From: the human T2T-CHM13v2.0 reference genome, Homo sapiens
Strand: one strand, 5' to 3'
DNA: 64,000 nt
Assembly: GCF_009914755.1 (NCBI RefSeq)
Contig: NC_060932.1
This document shows positions 1-19,065 of this stretch, piece after piece (position 1 is the first letter of the stretch; each line of letters begins with the position of its first letter). Under the pieces are notes generated by a model, which was given only the letters and a program-made list of their open reading frames with translations, made no database searches and was not told the origin of the DNA. A program made the position numbers and the translations under genes.

Positions 1-4045
<4,045 letters not shown>

Positions 4046-4059
4046 CCCTCTTCTATAGC

Positions 4060-4292
4060 TATAGCTGCAGCAATAGCTCTCTAGGTTCTGGTAACTGTTC
4101 CTTCTCCTTCCTCTTTCAGGCATAGAGGACAGTAAGGGTTCTTGTAGCTCAAATCCCTAAAATACTTCACCATTCCATGTTGATTTCCCTTAATCCTGCC
4201 CACAATATTGTAAATGGGCCTTTTGTTAATCTCTCCTCAAATACCTCATTTAAGTGTATCATCTGTTTCCTGATAAGACCACAAATAATACC
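4060..4292 (+). mobile_element. LTR33-like ERVL LTR 3' part
   Basis: TTTCCCTTAATCCTGCCCAC...GTAAATGGGCC...CATCTGTTTCCTG resembles the LTR33 3' end. Similar stretches occur at ~15870-16145 and ~58160-58963. Confidence 0.6.
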
Positions 4293-4898
4293 ACCCCATC
4301 TCATAATTCTCAAATTCCTGGGGCTCTTTATTCTATTCTAAGGTACCAACTACTCAGTCCACCAACATCTTGCCTTTAATGAACATTTCATTTCAGATTA
4401 CCAAGGACGATAGCTTAATCAGCAGCACTCAACTATATGCCTTGGGCTTCTAGCCTTCCATCCGTGAAAGGAGACAAAACATAATCAAAACACAACCAAA
4501 ACTACCATTAATATCATTGCAGTACAATACTCTCTGCCATCAGTGACGGCACTAATACCACTGAACTTGAACCCCTCTGCCCCTGGCTACCGAACTCTAT
4601 CACAGTTGTCCCAAGTAACCTCTGACTTCATGGCAGTTCATTGTCCCCAACATTTTCACATTATTCTTATGCCAGTTCCAGAATTAGTCTCAATATGCAA
4701 CTCAGTCTTCTCCTTTTTCTTGAACTCAGAACTCTGCTGCTTTTCCTATCCCACATTCTCATCTAATCCCCCCAACCCACCCTCAGGCATTCTAACATAA
4801 GACAATTCATTCTGCTCCCTTTCTCTGACAACAGAGTGAAATGTAGTTTGAGTGGGGGTTTAGAAGTCAGCTATTTATATAGGAATAAGTTTATCATT

Positions 4899-5477
4899 TG
4901 AATTAGGGTTCTCCAAAGGGACAGAACCAATATCATATATGTATATATATAAAGGAGTTTATTAAGGAGAATTGGGTCACATGATTACAAGGTGAAGTTC
5001 CACCAAAGGCCATCTGCAAGCTGGGGAAAGTGAGAAACTGTGCCTCAGTCCAAGTCCAAAAACCTCAGAACCAGAGAAGCCAACAGTGCAACCTACAGTC
5101 TGTGGCCAAAGGCCCGAGAACCCCCAGGAAGCCACTGGTGCAAATCCCAGACTGTAAAGGCCAAAGAAACTGGAGTCTGATATCCAACGGTAGGAGAAGC
5201 AGAAGCAGGCATTCAGCACTGGAAAAGGAAAGAGAGCCAGAAGACTCCACAAGCAAACTTATTGCACCTTCTTCCATCTCCTTTGTTCTAGCTGCACTGG
5301 CAGCCAATTGGATAGTGCCCACTCACATTGAGGGTGAGTCTTCCTCTCCCAGTTCACCAACTCAAATGTCAGTCTCCTCTGGCAACACCCTCACAGACAC
5401 ACCCAGAAGCAATACTTGACCAGCCATCTAGGCATCTTTTAATCCAATCAAGTTGACACCTAAAGTTAATCATTACA
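4899..5477 (-). mobile_element. MLT2B-type ERVL solo LTR
   Basis: Starts TTAGGGTTCTCCAAAGGGACAGAACCAATA and ends CAATCAAGTTGACACCTAAAGTTAATCATTACA, the typical MLT2B termini in reverse orientation. Confidence 0.8.
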
Positions 5478-6454
5478 TTATTCCCTTACAGATTTTAGAG
5501 TTCTTTCTTAGAGCTATTCAATATTCAAATGCCAGGAAAAAAGGTCTGCTTCTATAGAGAAGGCTTATCCAAATATTTGTGTTACACTAAGGCTTTCAGC
5601 TTTTGCAGCAGTCTAAGACACTGCTATATCAAGTGGACTGGATGGGCAAAACATCAAATTGTTGTTAGTTTTGCTATGATAGATTAGATAGCTTTAGCTT
5701 AAATCCACCAAAGGCCTTCAAAAGGCAGGGGGGTCACAGTGAACAAAGACTGGGCATGGACAGAAGACTTATATTCAAAGCCAAGTTCTACTGCTTATAG
5801 GAAGGGAACTGATTTCCAGCTACTCCTGGGGCTGATGTTGAAGTTCTTCCTGATCAATCAGCCATTGTAGGCACTTTAAGAATAATATCTTTGAATGGAG
5901 CTAAGCCAAAGGGCCATAACAATGGCAGGCCCCCCCATGGAGCACAGTTGACCCCAGATAACAATAACAAAGTATGATCACCCTCCCTTGAAGGGTCACT
6001 GTAGGCAGGTATAGGAATCTGGACCAGTAATGTCATTCTGCTAAAGCAACTAGGGATGTAGTCAGTTTGAATATAAACAAATTAAAGATGGAGCTTTATT
6101 CGTACCATTAAGTTAGTGAGGCAAATTGTCTTAGTTAAATGGAGCTTCTAACCATAAAAGATTTCCATTACAGTGATTTCTTATTCTTTGAAAAGCCCCC
6201 TGTGTACATCTTGGGAGGAGATTCCTGGTATATATATAATGGGATAACCGACGTTTGGACTAGTAAGACTACCATTGTTTGGACAGGAAGGTACACCAAA
6301 GTTCAAGTTTTGAAGAGCAAAGCCATTGAATTTAGTGCCTTTTCTAACTTCATTATGCCTGCCTGCCTAAATCTGTAGTAGCATCATGATTTGCTGCAAA
6401 GATTGAATTGTCATTGATTCAATTCATATATTTAATAGTTTCACTAGTAAGACC

Positions 6455-6700
6455 TCATGGTTAAGTATAATAAGCACTAGACTGGGAATGAGTAAGCCAA
6501 GTTGATTCCCAGACCTATAAAACATTTAATTATCTGTGCAACTATGGACAAACAAATTACTCTCTTTAGACCTAGTCCTCATCTGTGATATCCATAAAAT
6601 GGAAAAAGCAAGGCCATTCTTGACTACAACCCAGGGTTACTATGAAGTCAAATGGGATAATACATCTGATATTGCTTTGCAGATTGGATTGAACAGTGTA
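6455..6700 (+). mobile_element. MIR SINE fragment
   Basis: MIR-core-like TGTGCAACTATGGACAA...CCTAGTCCTCATCTG...AAAATGG. Confidence 0.5.
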
Positions 6701-7615
6701 TAAATGTGAGAGATGACCTAATTCATCCTCAAATTTTAACTGGTGAATTTGGAGCTGGCTAGTGCTCATTTGAAATAACATTTCTCCAAAGAGTTCAGGT
6801 CCTCTCAATCATCACTTCCCAAGACTTTTAAAGAGAGTCACAAGGCTAAACCTCCACTGCCATATTCAGAGTATGAAAAGCCCATTTAGCTGTCTTCCCC
6901 TGCTCTTGGCAGACTCTCAGGGAATGCCAGCAAAACGTCTGAAATTGGAACAGCAACCCACCAAGTACATCCAAATCTTTCATCAAACTGTGCCTAGTTT
7001 AGAAGCAATATTATGTTAACATTACCCCCACCATGGATTATTTCTAATGAAACCAATCTGCCAAGGTGAAATGAGAGCATGTGTCACAGTGAGGCATAAT
7101 TGGGTTGACCTGAAAACTAAGTTTAAAAGTGAATATCCTTTCAAATAAAGATGAGCAAAAAGATTTTGAAAATATCAGGACTCCCGACTTCCTTAAATCT
7201 GTGGCCCAGCCCTTAGACCAAAATATAACCAAATCTTTTAAAGTTTCTGGGTGTAATTAGAATAGAAATTTGTAATTCTGTGTATTGAGTCACATTCTCC
7301 TGATGAATAAACTCTCTTAATTGTAGACTAGCAAACTTCAAAAGCAGAATCAACTCTGTCAGGCTACCAGGGCACCATCCAGGATGTGGAAGATACCAAA
7401 GCAGTCTTTAAGGTTGACCTCTGAATTGTCATCATTTCCCTTGTCTCCTTCGCTGCTCCATCGTCTTACTTCTACCTCTGTTTGCAGGCCTCTCATGCTA
7501 GACCCCAGCATTTTATGGTGTCTTTTCTGGACACTACACTGGGCTCTGGGATTATAAATATGAGTAAGACACAAGCCTTGGCGCTGAAGACTCTGCTTTT
7601 ATTCCTAACCTCCTT

Positions 7616-7921
<306 letters not shown>

Positions 7922-8804
7922 CCAACCTCCTTTTTCTATTAATTCTTCTTACTCATTCTTTCAGGTCAAATACTTCCTCTATGATACTTACCTTTATTTT
8001 CCCAGGAAGTTTTAAAAGTTCCTTCTTCATGATTTAACTGTTCCTTGAACATATGCCCATTTTAATATTTATGCTGTATTTATTGTAACTATTAGTTTAT
8101 ATGTTTCCTTGAGATCAATAATCAAGACTTTTCATTTTTACAGTCTAAAACCTCAAGTAATATCTGGCACAAGATACATGTTAAAAATATTTGTTGAATA
8201 AAGGATTCCCCAATCCAGTCATTCTCTAGTCAACAAATGCTTTCATTTCTACCCACTTAGTTGTTCTTCTCTCCAACTCCCTTTCCTTCACTATCTTTAC
8301 TGCTCAACTATGGCCCTCCATCACCTTTTACTGTATGTTTCAAATAAATGTCTCATATATTATTCTTAGGCATCTCAGATCTATTTTCTGCTCATACCAA
8401 AATTATCTAGTGTATATGTCAAACCACCTTACTCCATCAAATATTCTTTCCCAGTTAGACAGTAAAAACATCTGCTCTAATTAACCTTCTCAAGTCTATT
8501 TCTGCCTCTTCCAGCCAAGTTCCCCATGCTCCTAAATAATGTATGCACTTTTAATATCTCTGTGGCTTTGTTCATGTGTTTCTTAAGCTTGGACAATCCT
8601 TCTACCTATGTCTCACTATTGAAAACCTACCTGTCTTTTTAGCTTAAAGATATCACAAAATCTCAAAAGCACAAGCTAATAAAATCCTAGTCTTTCCAAT
8701 TTACCAAAGTAACTTGCCACAATCTAAATGTGGAACTAGAACTAAAATCCAAGGCTTTAACTCTCGATCTCTTTAGGGATTCCTGATGCCACATTTATAA
8801 ATAG

Positions 8805-8910
8805 ACAGCATAACCGTATGATGTATGGCCCAATAGGGAACAGTTTTGAGAGTTAAAGAGGGCACTATTAAAAATTACACCTGCATAACAAATATAAATC
8901 AGGTCAACCT
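8805..8910 (+). mobile_element. MER81-like hAT-Blackjack MITE
   Basis: TTTTGAGAGTTAAAGAGGGCACTATTAAAAATTACACC resembles the MER81 core. A reverse copy lies at ~49805-49920. Confidence 0.55.
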
Positions 8911-9278
8911 ACCTAATTATAATCATCCTAAAGCTGTGGTAAGATTACAAGAGAACAAACAGTTCTATGTTACCTAGGTCTTCCTCTTAATGACAGGCCA
9001 TGGAATAATGAAGGTGATTTGAGATTTTAACAAATTATTTTGTTTTGCACTCTCTATTTTAAAACAGCAATAATACACGCACACACAAAAGTATTATAAT
9101 TAGTGTAGTTTCTCTAGTGACTGCACAAGATGTTGTAATATCAGGTACTACATGAGTTCTAGAATCAGATACATCTGTGTTAGCTACATAGCTTCAGCAC
9201 TTATTATAAGCTTAAGCTTCAGTCTCTTCATCTGTAAGATGAGGACAGTGAGGCCCATCTAACCGGACTTTTGACAGA

Positions 9279-10990
9279 TTCATTCAACATATATTTGTTG
9301 AGTGTTGACCAAGTGTGAGATTTTATACTGGATACTGCAAATACAATGCTGAGTAAATCATTGCTCTTCATTAGAGTCTAGCCAGGGATATCGATATTAA
9401 GCCCAAGTGCATGTACTATCCTAAACAAGGAAGACTGTTATGACCCCATACGGCCATATAACAAAAGGATCTGATCCAGATTGTGAGGTCATGAAATGCT
9501 TATGAACAGAGAGCTTAAGAGTAACTAGACAGAAGAAGAAAGAATGTTACTTCTGTTAATATGAATAGCATGTGCGAAAGCCCTGGGTCCATATGGAGCC
9601 TGACCTAATCAAGACACATAAGAAAGACCTATGTGACAGGAGCGCAAAAAAGTGAAGGAGAAAATGGTTGGAGGTAAAGCTGGAGAGAAAGTCAAGGACC
9701 AGGACAAGAAACAATTCTATAGACATATTAAGGGTCTCTGTGTTGTTGCTGTTTTTGTTGTTTATTGGTTTTTTTTTTTTTGTAAAGAATAATGAAACAT
9801 TAAAGACTTCTAAGTACATAGTTCTTTAAGTTCATAGTTCAGGGAGAAGATAGGTACTCATAATTAGATTTGCACTTGGAAAGATCGCTCTTGTTGTAGA
9901 ATGAAGAGTGGATTAGAGGATGGCCAGAACAAATGCAGGGAGACCAGACAGAGAGCTCTTAGGGTAGTTCAGATGAGAAGCAAGTGTGGCTTGGACTAGG
10001 GTGGAGGCAGGCAAGGTATGAGGAAGTGAAAGAAAGAGGTAAAATTGACAGAGTGATTGATGGTGGATAATGGCAAAAAATGATTCTTAAATTTCTGTCT
10101 GGGTGGTGATGCCACGCACCAAAACAGAGAACACCAGGAGAAAAGGGGGTTTAGGGTAAAGGTCTTGGATATGTTCAGTGTGAGGGGCCTGGAAACATGC
10201 AAGTGATGGTATTGAGGAGGAATATGGATATACAGGTGCAAGGCTCTGAGGTGAGATCTGGGCTAGATCATGCCTTAATAGGTGGCCATGACAGCCATGC
10301 CCATGAATTCTGAGAGATTCCTGAGAGATACTGTGGAGAGGAAAAGAAAAAGACCTAATGCCAAGCCTTGAGCAACTTTAATATTTAATGGCAGGTTAGA
10401 GAAGAACAATGCCACAAAGGCAAAGGAGCCTAAGCCAAAGATGGAAGAGGCAATCCAAGAAAAAGACAGTCATCAGTGGTGTCAAACACTGCTGAGAACT
10501 CAAGAAAATATGAACAGAAAAATTCTCATTGGATTAAGTGTCATGAAGGTCACTTGTGACCCAAGAGGGCTATGTTGGAGGAGTGATAGGGCAGAAGCCA
10601 GTTAAAGGTGGACTGAGGAGTGGGCAAAGGATGAGGGAATGAAGACCACAAGAGCAGACACATTTTTTGAGAGGTTTGGCTCTAAACATTGGAAAGGATT
10701 AGAAGAATATTGGAAAAAGAATGGTTAGGAGAAGTTGTAAAAGGAGCCAGGTATTGTGTAAAGGGAATTTTCTGGAGATTAAAGAGAGTTCAGTGTATTT
10801 AACTATTTATGGAAAAATCTGCTTGAGGAGATGCATTGATAGTGTAAGATCCCTTTGCAGACAGAAGAATGAAGAAGCTAAACCACAGGAGAAGAGTTGG
10901 CCTTAGGAGGAGGGACACCCTGATGATGTGTCCTACAGGTAAACACTTCAGAAAGCATCAGAAGTTCCAATCCAATGGCTTCAATTGCCT
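9279..10990 (-). mobile_element. L2 LINE remnant
   Basis: Begins ATTCATTCAACATATATTTGTTGAGTG (reverse L2 3' end), followed by long purine-rich L2-like sequence. Confidence 0.6.
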
Positions 10991-13581
10991 CTGAAAATAA
11001 GAGAAGAAATCAGGGGCTCAGAGTGAAGGGGCACACGAAACATGGTCAGAGGTTGGGACAGAGCGACGGTGGTCACTGTGGAGTGGAGATGAGAGCTAAT
11101 GGGCCATATGAAGGGTGTGATCATGAATTTACTATGATACTACTATGTCCTGTTGTGTGGCTTTCTCCATCATCACCACACTGCTCAGATACAGATATGG
11201 AAAAGTCGGAAATGAGGTTAGGATTTTGCCATATCAACGTGAAAAAAAAGGCAAACAAGGAAGCTGTGAGGAGAGAAGAGCCTGCCTGAGGACTCTCACT
11301 AAAGCTCTCTCTTTACACAGAGGTGTGACAGACCACTGTGTGGCCCTTCTGCTGGAATCTCAGAATTGCAACTAATGCCAAACCTGAAGACCAAGTTGCT
11401 GTGTACAAGTCACATTCTAAAGGGAGCTTCCAACACTGGCTGCTCCCACTGGGGCCAAACTCTTGCCTCCTTCCTTTTTCTTCACTGTACTACCAGGACT
11501 TACTAAGAAAAGGCAGAACAGGCCATACAACCATGGGACTTCATTCACCCCATGTTGGCCACCAGACATATACAAAGCATCTGCACACAATTTATTATCA
11601 CTTTTAAAGAGAAAAAAGAGACTGGACAGAAGAGTTGTAGCCTTTCTGGAGGACACAGAAGTGGTCAGAAAGTCACTGTCTCTGCCCAGTAAGTCTTTAA
11701 AGGATGGGAAAAAGAGAAATAGTAATAATATGTGCATCAACCTTAATGTACTGTTTCCACCTTAACACATCATACATTAGCTACCTGTGTGACCTATACG
11801 ACTTCTATTAAGTGATACATAAGGAACTATTTTTTTTTTTTTTTTTGCAGAATATCCCTGTTTCACTGTTGTTTTCCCCTCTTGTGTTTTTGTCCCTCTC
11901 TCATGCTTCTGAATCAATAATTGTGCTTTCTCTCTTCCCAAACTCAGCAAATGGAGCAAAGATAAGAGCCTAGGGTGGAAAAGTATGGCAAAATTCTCTC
12001 TTACAACTGCTTTCTTTCTGTAGCTCACATCTGCCCAGAGTAACCAGGCAACAGATCCTCTCTTCCCTTCACTTTTGCCAATGTTATAGGACAGAAGGCA
12101 AGGGTTGTCCCCTCCATGTCCTAAGGGACTTGAGGCTTTGTTTCATAGTTGTGGCTCTTGAGGACTTGGAGACACAGGAAGTATCACCACTGGAAGGCTC
12201 AGGCTAAAGACTGCAAGTGGGTCACTCTGCTGCTGGGATCTGGGAGACATGGCACCTCTCCAAGGCTCAGAAAGGAGCAAAGAATCACTGCCAACATTTC
12301 AGTCCCACTGGTGAGATAAGATCTTACCTTAGTGCAAATTCATCACTGAGCTCCAAAGCAGTGACTTCCTCTCCCTTTTCCAAAACCAACACTCAACTAT
12401 TTGATGAGTCATTGGTTCCCTGACATTTGTAGAATATACTTGAAATGTTCCCAGAGGGAGGAAAATTATACTGTAATCAAATCCCTTTCTCTCCTCTCTG
12501 CCCTCCCCCTTTTCTCCAGCCTCTATAAGTGAGGACCCTACAAGCTTCACAGTGGAGTCCACTGGAGTTTTGGCCCTTTCTCATCTAATTCTGTTGAATG
12601 AGCTGGGTCCTGGGTTTTCAAAAGAGAACTGAACCAGGCCTCCCCTCCATCCTCACATAGGACCAAAATACTTGTTTTTATCCCTGTAACTGAGAAAACT
12701 TGGGAGGAATAAGATGGGACCCATTGTTAGGTTAGTATTGGTTACATATTTGTTCATTGCAGCACTTGATGGGTGCTGGTGGCAAGGTGAGAGTTAGTCA
12801 AGGACTGATGGGCATGAACAAGGGAGCAAGACATTAGGAGGGAGCTAGTGAGCAGATTACAGGGACCAGGAGGAGGGGCGAGTTTGCAACCATGACAGGA
12901 CATAGAGAAGATGGATTAGTGAAGGTGGTTGTGTGGCAAAAAGTTAGAAGTTGATGAAGAGTTTTGAAACAGAGTGAATGATGATGGGGGGATAGGTTAT
13001 ATGTGACTAAGATTGTTTTCTGAATCTTGAATTGATCCATCCACCTTAATTTGCAGAAAGAAGACATGACCAGCTCCTATGTGAATTAGTACTCTTCGTT
13101 GCGTGTCAAAACCCAATTTATATTTACTTAAGCAAAAGGCATTTGTCAGTCCATGTTACTGTAGCTTAGTGGGGGTATCCAGCTACAGGCTTGGCTTAGG
13201 CAGAGGACCCAGGTTCTTTCTCTTTACCTCAGCTCCATGTCCACTGTAATGATTTCATATGTAGCATGGTTTTTCCTCTTCAGAAAAGGAGAACATCACA
13301 TCCAGTGTTACATCCTCCCAAGTTTAAGTCTAGCAAGAATTAGCATGTTCCCTCTTTCTTGAGGTTCCAGCCAAAGTCCCACTGTGTCTTCTTGGTCCTG
13401 ACTAGGTGATATGACACTCAGGCCCACTATCTGTGCCCAGGGAAGACCTGTGTACCATACCCATTGAACTGGAGTAGATCCACATTACTCAAATTGCATA
13501 AATTGAGAGAGGGGTAAAGAAAGATGGTTTCTTAAGAGGAAGTTGGAGTGCTACTTCCAAAAAGGGACATACAGTTAATCA

Positions 13582-13946
13582 GGTGGTATAGCCTGAATGT
13601 TTGTGTGCCTCCAACATTTGTATGTTGAAGGCTAATTCCCAATGCAATAGCATCAAGAAGTAGGGACTTTAGGAGGTGATTAGGTCATGATGGTGGAGCC
13701 CTCATGAATGGGATTAGTGCCCTTATAAAAGAGGCCCGAGGAAGCTTATTCACGTCTTCCACCTTGGGAGGACAGTGAGAAGCATGCCCCTCTGAAGCAG
13801 AGAGCAAACCCTTGCCAGACATTGAATCTGCTGGTGCCTTGGTCTCGGATTTTCCAGCCCTCAGAACTGTGAGTAATACATTTCTATTGTGTGTAAATTA
13901 CCTAGGCTAAGGTATTTTGTTACAGCAGCCTGAATGAACCAAGACA
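13582..13946 (+). mobile_element. MLT1A-type MaLR solo LTR
   Basis: CTGAATGTTTGTGT...GGTGATTAGGTCATGA...CCCTCATGAATGGGATTAGTGCCCTTATAAAAG...CAGAACTGTGAG...AACCAAGACA. Confidence 0.85.
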
Positions 13947-14404
13947 CCAGGTCTTATGAAATATTCTGATGGCTCCAAAGATCAACAAAATTAGAGTCAG
14001 TTAAATAGTCTGATTCATATGACCCTATTAGCTTTTCTGCAATAAAAATTGCTCCTTTTTATGCCAGGACTTAACTGAATTATCTTATATAATTGTGACA
14101 ATGATCCTATAAGGTAGGTACTTTATTAATCCCATTTTACAGACAGGAAAGTGAAGCCCAATGAAGTTAAGGGACAATTACGAGATCTCATTTCTAATCA
14201 GTGGATGAGTCAATATTCACAATCAAACAGATTTAAACCAGATATCCCACTTAAAATGGTCAAAGATTCATAAAATATGGCCCAGAGTTCTCATATGAAG
14301 TTTTTTTTTTTTCTAAAGTTCTGAGGGACAAAATATTACACCCATTGTCAGATAGGGAAGATGCCTATAAGAACCTGCATAATTTGAAGTCACAGATAAA
14401 AGCT

Positions 14405-14530
14405 GTAGCACCTGTAGTCCCAGCTACTCAAAAGGCTGAGGTGGGAGGATTGCTTCAGCCCAGGAGTTTAAATCCAGCCTGGGCAACATAGTGAGATCCT
14501 GTCTCTTAAAAAGAAAAATGAATAAATAAA
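14405..14530 (+). mobile_element. FLAM-type Alu monomer
   Basis: CCTGTAGTCCCAGCTACTC...CAGCCTGGGCAACATAGTGAGA plus A tail; flanking repeat ATAAAAGCT. Confidence 0.75.
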
Positions 14531-15869
14531 AGCTATGGTGCCCAGCTCACTTCTAAGAATTCCTTGAATTCATTTCCCTTCAAAGTTGAATGCAAGCAAA
14601 GCTTGATTGCAGAGTCAAAATGTCACTGAGATCTAGATTCAGTCCATCTGACTGGGTTATTGAAGTCTCTCCAAGCAGCCAAGTAGGGCAGAAGAAATAT
14701 AAAATAAGGAGCAGAGGTTGAGAGAGAAGTGTGGGGGGAGATGGATTTTGGAAGACCTAGCCATTGGCAAAGACCCTGGGAAGCATAAATACAAAGTTAA
14801 TTTATATTATATTGTGTTAAATAAGGTAATATTGTGCCTTTTTCCTCCCCATGAAAAGCATTTACAACACCTTGTTCTTATGCATTCATCCATGCCTCTG
14901 ACGTTTATCAAGTTCTTGGCAGACACTGAGTGACATATAACAGAGGCTGAGTCAAATAGTTTATAATTCAGCCTGGGAGGAAACAGCAGCAAACAACTAA
15001 CTATAAAATAATGAGATAAACAATGTCTCTTACTTGAATAGATTGGCATGGGGGCACAAAGATGGATGGGAGCAAATAATTTTGACTTTGGAACAAACTG
15101 TTGGTGAAGGTTGCATGAAGAGTTCTACATTGGAATTGAGTAGACCAAGATATTCAGAGATCAGAGGTGGAGCTGGGGGAAGTTCAGAACATTTCGACTC
15201 AAAATCAAAAGGTTTTCATCACTGTACTAGACCTGAGGAATTATTCAACCCACTCCCATTTTGCACTGGAAAAAATTGAGGCTCAGAGTGGGCAAGATCA
15301 CTCTGAAAGTTAGTGGCAGCATAAGACTAGAACCTGGGTTTTCATATTCATGATTTAGCCTGGGGCTCATCTGCTGCTTTCATCCAGTGCAGTTCAACCA
15401 GCAGGTCCTGGACATCTACTGTGGGTCACACGTGCTAAGACCTGAGGTTGGTAAAGTGTTGAATAAAACACTGTCCATGAGCCTGAGGTGCTCTAGAGGT
15501 TGAGGCTTCTGCAGACAAATATTGTAAAATACAGACACCAGGGGTGCAGAGAGGGTGTGGGAAGGGAGGAGTAGCCAGTGGAGCTTTTGAAAGGAGGGGA
15601 TTCCTTGAAAAGTAGCCAGGAAAGAAGGACCAATGAGTGCTCCATGGAGAGATTAAAAAGTTCACTTTCATTGCCTAAATCACACTACACTTCTGATTGC
15701 TCCTGCAGCCCCACTCTCCATTCTTTTCTTATTTTGTTCAATAGGAGTCTATGAGCTCATCAACAGGTTACCTTGCCGTCTGGCATCTGCATGGGTTTGG
15801 TCAATGAAAGTCACCAGCAGGAAAGAGAGAGGTTCACAGTATCTATCTCCTGGGTCTCCCCATTCCAGG

Positions 15870-16145
15870 CCTTGTTTTGATATGGCTGCATCCCTCTTCT
15901 GCAGGCCATTCCTATTACTAGAGAGCCATCTACACTTACAGCTGTCTCTCCAGGTTTCAATAACCTTCCCAATGGCTCCTCAGGCCCAAGGGCAGTGTCT
16001 CCCCTCTCCTACGGCCAGAAAGCTTTAGTAACCATTGTAGGTTTGCTTTAACCCTGTACACCCCTTGCAAACAGTCGCTTCATTTAACCCTCTTCAATTG
16101 CTCCCTTTGAATTTGCCTTCTGCTTCCTGTCAGGATAGACCAACA
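15870..16145 (+). mobile_element. LTR33-like fragment
   Basis: TTAACCCTGTACACCCCTTGCAAACAGTC...TCTGCTTCCTGTCAGGA, similar to 4060-4292. Confidence 0.55.
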
Positions 16146-17867
16146 ATGGGAATGAACAATCCTCACCTCTCCCCCAGGAGAAATCCACCTGTGTCCCACC
16201 TCCCCCCAAAAAATCTCAAGAAAACTAGAAGAGAAAAAAAATAAGCCAACCTAGAAATGAAGAAGATAACTTTTTTCTTGAATTGAACAGAATACTTGTT
16301 TATGTTTCCTATATAGAAATCTTTTCATTTAGAGGTCAGCAATTATTCATTTTAACATGTGGATCATGGTATTATAGCTAATCCATTATAAAATAGAAAC
16401 CATCCTGGGTCCTCCTCATACTCTCTTTCCTCACAAGATTATTTTGACCCAAACTATCAGCTTCCAGTCACCTTAGTGGAAATCTGCCTTGGGTAAGAGC
16501 ATGAGGAATATTATTGTCCCATAATGTGTGGAAGCCAAGATCTTTGAGAAACTAAGTTAACCAGCGTTCAGAAGCTCAACTTGTGGAGGGAAGGGTGAGT
16601 TGAAACAGGAAGAAAGTTTGCCAACAGCACATTCTAGAACACAGTTTTTAATATTTTAAAGGCAATCTATTGATGTCACTGTTAATAAAGACAACAGAAA
16701 GAGTACTGTGAAAGCAAATCTTGGAGACATCTAGAAAACGTAATGGGAGGAAGTGTTTTCTAATGGGAGAGTTCCTCAATACCAAAGCACAGGCCATAGC
16801 CACCCACATGGCCATATCCCCAGGTTCCAGCCCCCAGATGGCTTTGTTCATAAAGATACCAGCTGTTTCCTGCTCCTCGGGATGCTACAGGTCTGTGCAG
16901 CTCTCCTCTGAAGTCACTCTTCTTGTTTTGTTTATCTCAGGTACAATGCACAATGAAAGGCACATCTTCATTAGGGAATCCCACATTAGGGAATCTCTCT
17001 GTTGAGCATCCCTGTTCATGGGCCTACCTTTTCATTACTGAAAGCTACTTTTTCCTTGTTATTTTTTAATGAATATTGCTTAGGAACAAAATACTTGGGG
17101 ATTCAGAAAAGAGTTAATTTTGCCCTCAAATACTTGTACTTTTGTCATGATGGGGGTGGATGCTATGTATACATGTTGTCAAAGACAAGTACACTTTTAT
17201 ATTCAGATCCAGTAAAACTGTTTACATCTGTCTGAATAAAACTTTTGACTTGTAAATGCAGAGAAAAGGATGTTTTATTTACCCAGATTCAGAGCAACAG
17301 AACTCCTTTTTATATCAACAGATATATATGATATGTTTTTGTACAAGCTGCAGAGAGCTGTCTACAGTGACTTTGACAGGACTAAGTTTATCTTGTGCTT
17401 TTACTAAGAGTGTGAAAAAAGAAGAGAGCAGACCCTAACTCCACCTTCACACCCCACCCCTAGTTTAAAATACTTTCCCACCAAGAAAAAAATAGTTTTC
17501 CTTCTCGTGTTAAATACAGAATAGACTTTAAACTGCCCTCCTTCCCCTTACCAATCCCACCCACCCCTTCAAAAAATCAAATAAAATAACCAAAAACCTC
17601 AGGCTACTGTGAAACTCAGCTCTCAGTCTACTTCCTCTTTGGAGGGAGGCTATGGAATTGACAGCCCAACTCTCCCACATCTGCTGCAGCCAGAAGAGAA
17701 GAGAACAAGCATGAGTCAAAATTGGAAACTCTGGATCTGACCTCATAAATGTGGTTTGGGATCACAGTTTGCCTCAGACATATGATCTCGAGCAAGTCAC
17801 TTAGCCTTTCTAAACTGTAGCATCCTCACAGATAAAATGTGCCCACTAATACGTTTAACGATAGATT

Positions 17868-18146
17868 TTAGGGAGACATATTTGTCCCAGTTTGCCTGGG
17901 ACTATTCCAGTGTTAAAACTGAAGGTCCTTTAGCCAGGAGTGGTGGCACGTGCCATGGTCCCAGCTACTCAGGGGTCTGATGTGGGAGGATCACCTGAGC
18001 CCAGGAGGCAGAGGTTTCAGTGAGCCATGATGGCACCCCTGCACTCCAGCCTAGGAAACAAAGCTAGACCCTGTCTCTAAATAAATAAACAACTGAAAGT
18101 TCCACATCTCAGGTGGCCCCTCAGTCCCAGGTTGGGGGTGACCCTC
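17868..18146 (+). mobile_element. MER94-like MITE interrupted by an Alu right monomer (FRAM/AluJ, ~17930-18090)
   Basis: GTCCCAGTTTGCCTGGGACT...AACTGAAGGT [Alu monomer] AACTGAAAGT...CCCCTCAGTCCCAGG...GGTGACCCT. Confidence 0.65.
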
Positions 18147-19065
18147 TATTGTGTAAGGATTAAATACAGTAATGCCTGCAAAGTGCTCCACACAGTGTCT
18201 GGAATGTGATAAGCTCTCAAAATAGTAATATGATTAGTCTACATCTCCATTGCCAGACCCCTGGGTTTTCTTCTCCATGAAAAGACCAAACATTCATTGA
18301 ACCAGGAGTAATACTAGGTGCTATATATTCAAGATCTCTAACTTTCACAAATATTCAAAGAAGTAGATATGACCATCCCTATTTTATAAGTGAGCTGACC
18401 ACAACATGAGAAATACATCCAAGAACCAGTGCACAGCAGAGCCTAGACTTGAACCCATGTCTGATTTCAAAGTCCAGAATCTTTCCTCATGTTGCAGATT
18501 CAAGCTGTTTATGGGAAGGGGACATCACAGAGACTGGATTCATTTGACAAAGTGGGTAGCTGAGTTTTAGCACAATGGGGAAATAGGACAAAAAAGCTTC
18601 AGGTCTCCTGCTGGGGTGTTTCCATGGCCCAGAGAGGGTGTCATCAGCACACAGAAAAGAGGCCATTCTCATTTCAGGAAGACAAGCGGTAAGATGGGGT
18701 TTCTGGAGCACCATTTTGTCTTCATCTCAGCCTAATGATTTTCACCCATAATGACATTAACTATCTCAAAGGGTGAAAAGAGAATCAGGTTGGTCAGCCA
18801 CTCAACTACCACTAGGTGGAAATTAAATTTGTGCCAGGCGCTATACAAAGTTCTCTGAAGATAATAATGAAAAAGAAAAGGCCCACCACTTTTAAGACGA
18901 GGGAGAAAAGTATATCAAAGTGCAACACTAGTTGGAGTTATTACTGAGATGACAAAGCCATAAGGGAGAAAAGAGCCAAAAGATTATTAAATTAGTTAAT
19001 TAAAGTAACTGTTTTTTTTTTGACAGAAAAGCACTAATAGAAATGTAAAAGAAGATAAACATAGG

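Noticed and set aside
5030-5419. 129-aa ORF and overlapping ORFs
   Set aside because: They lie inside the MLT2B LTR.
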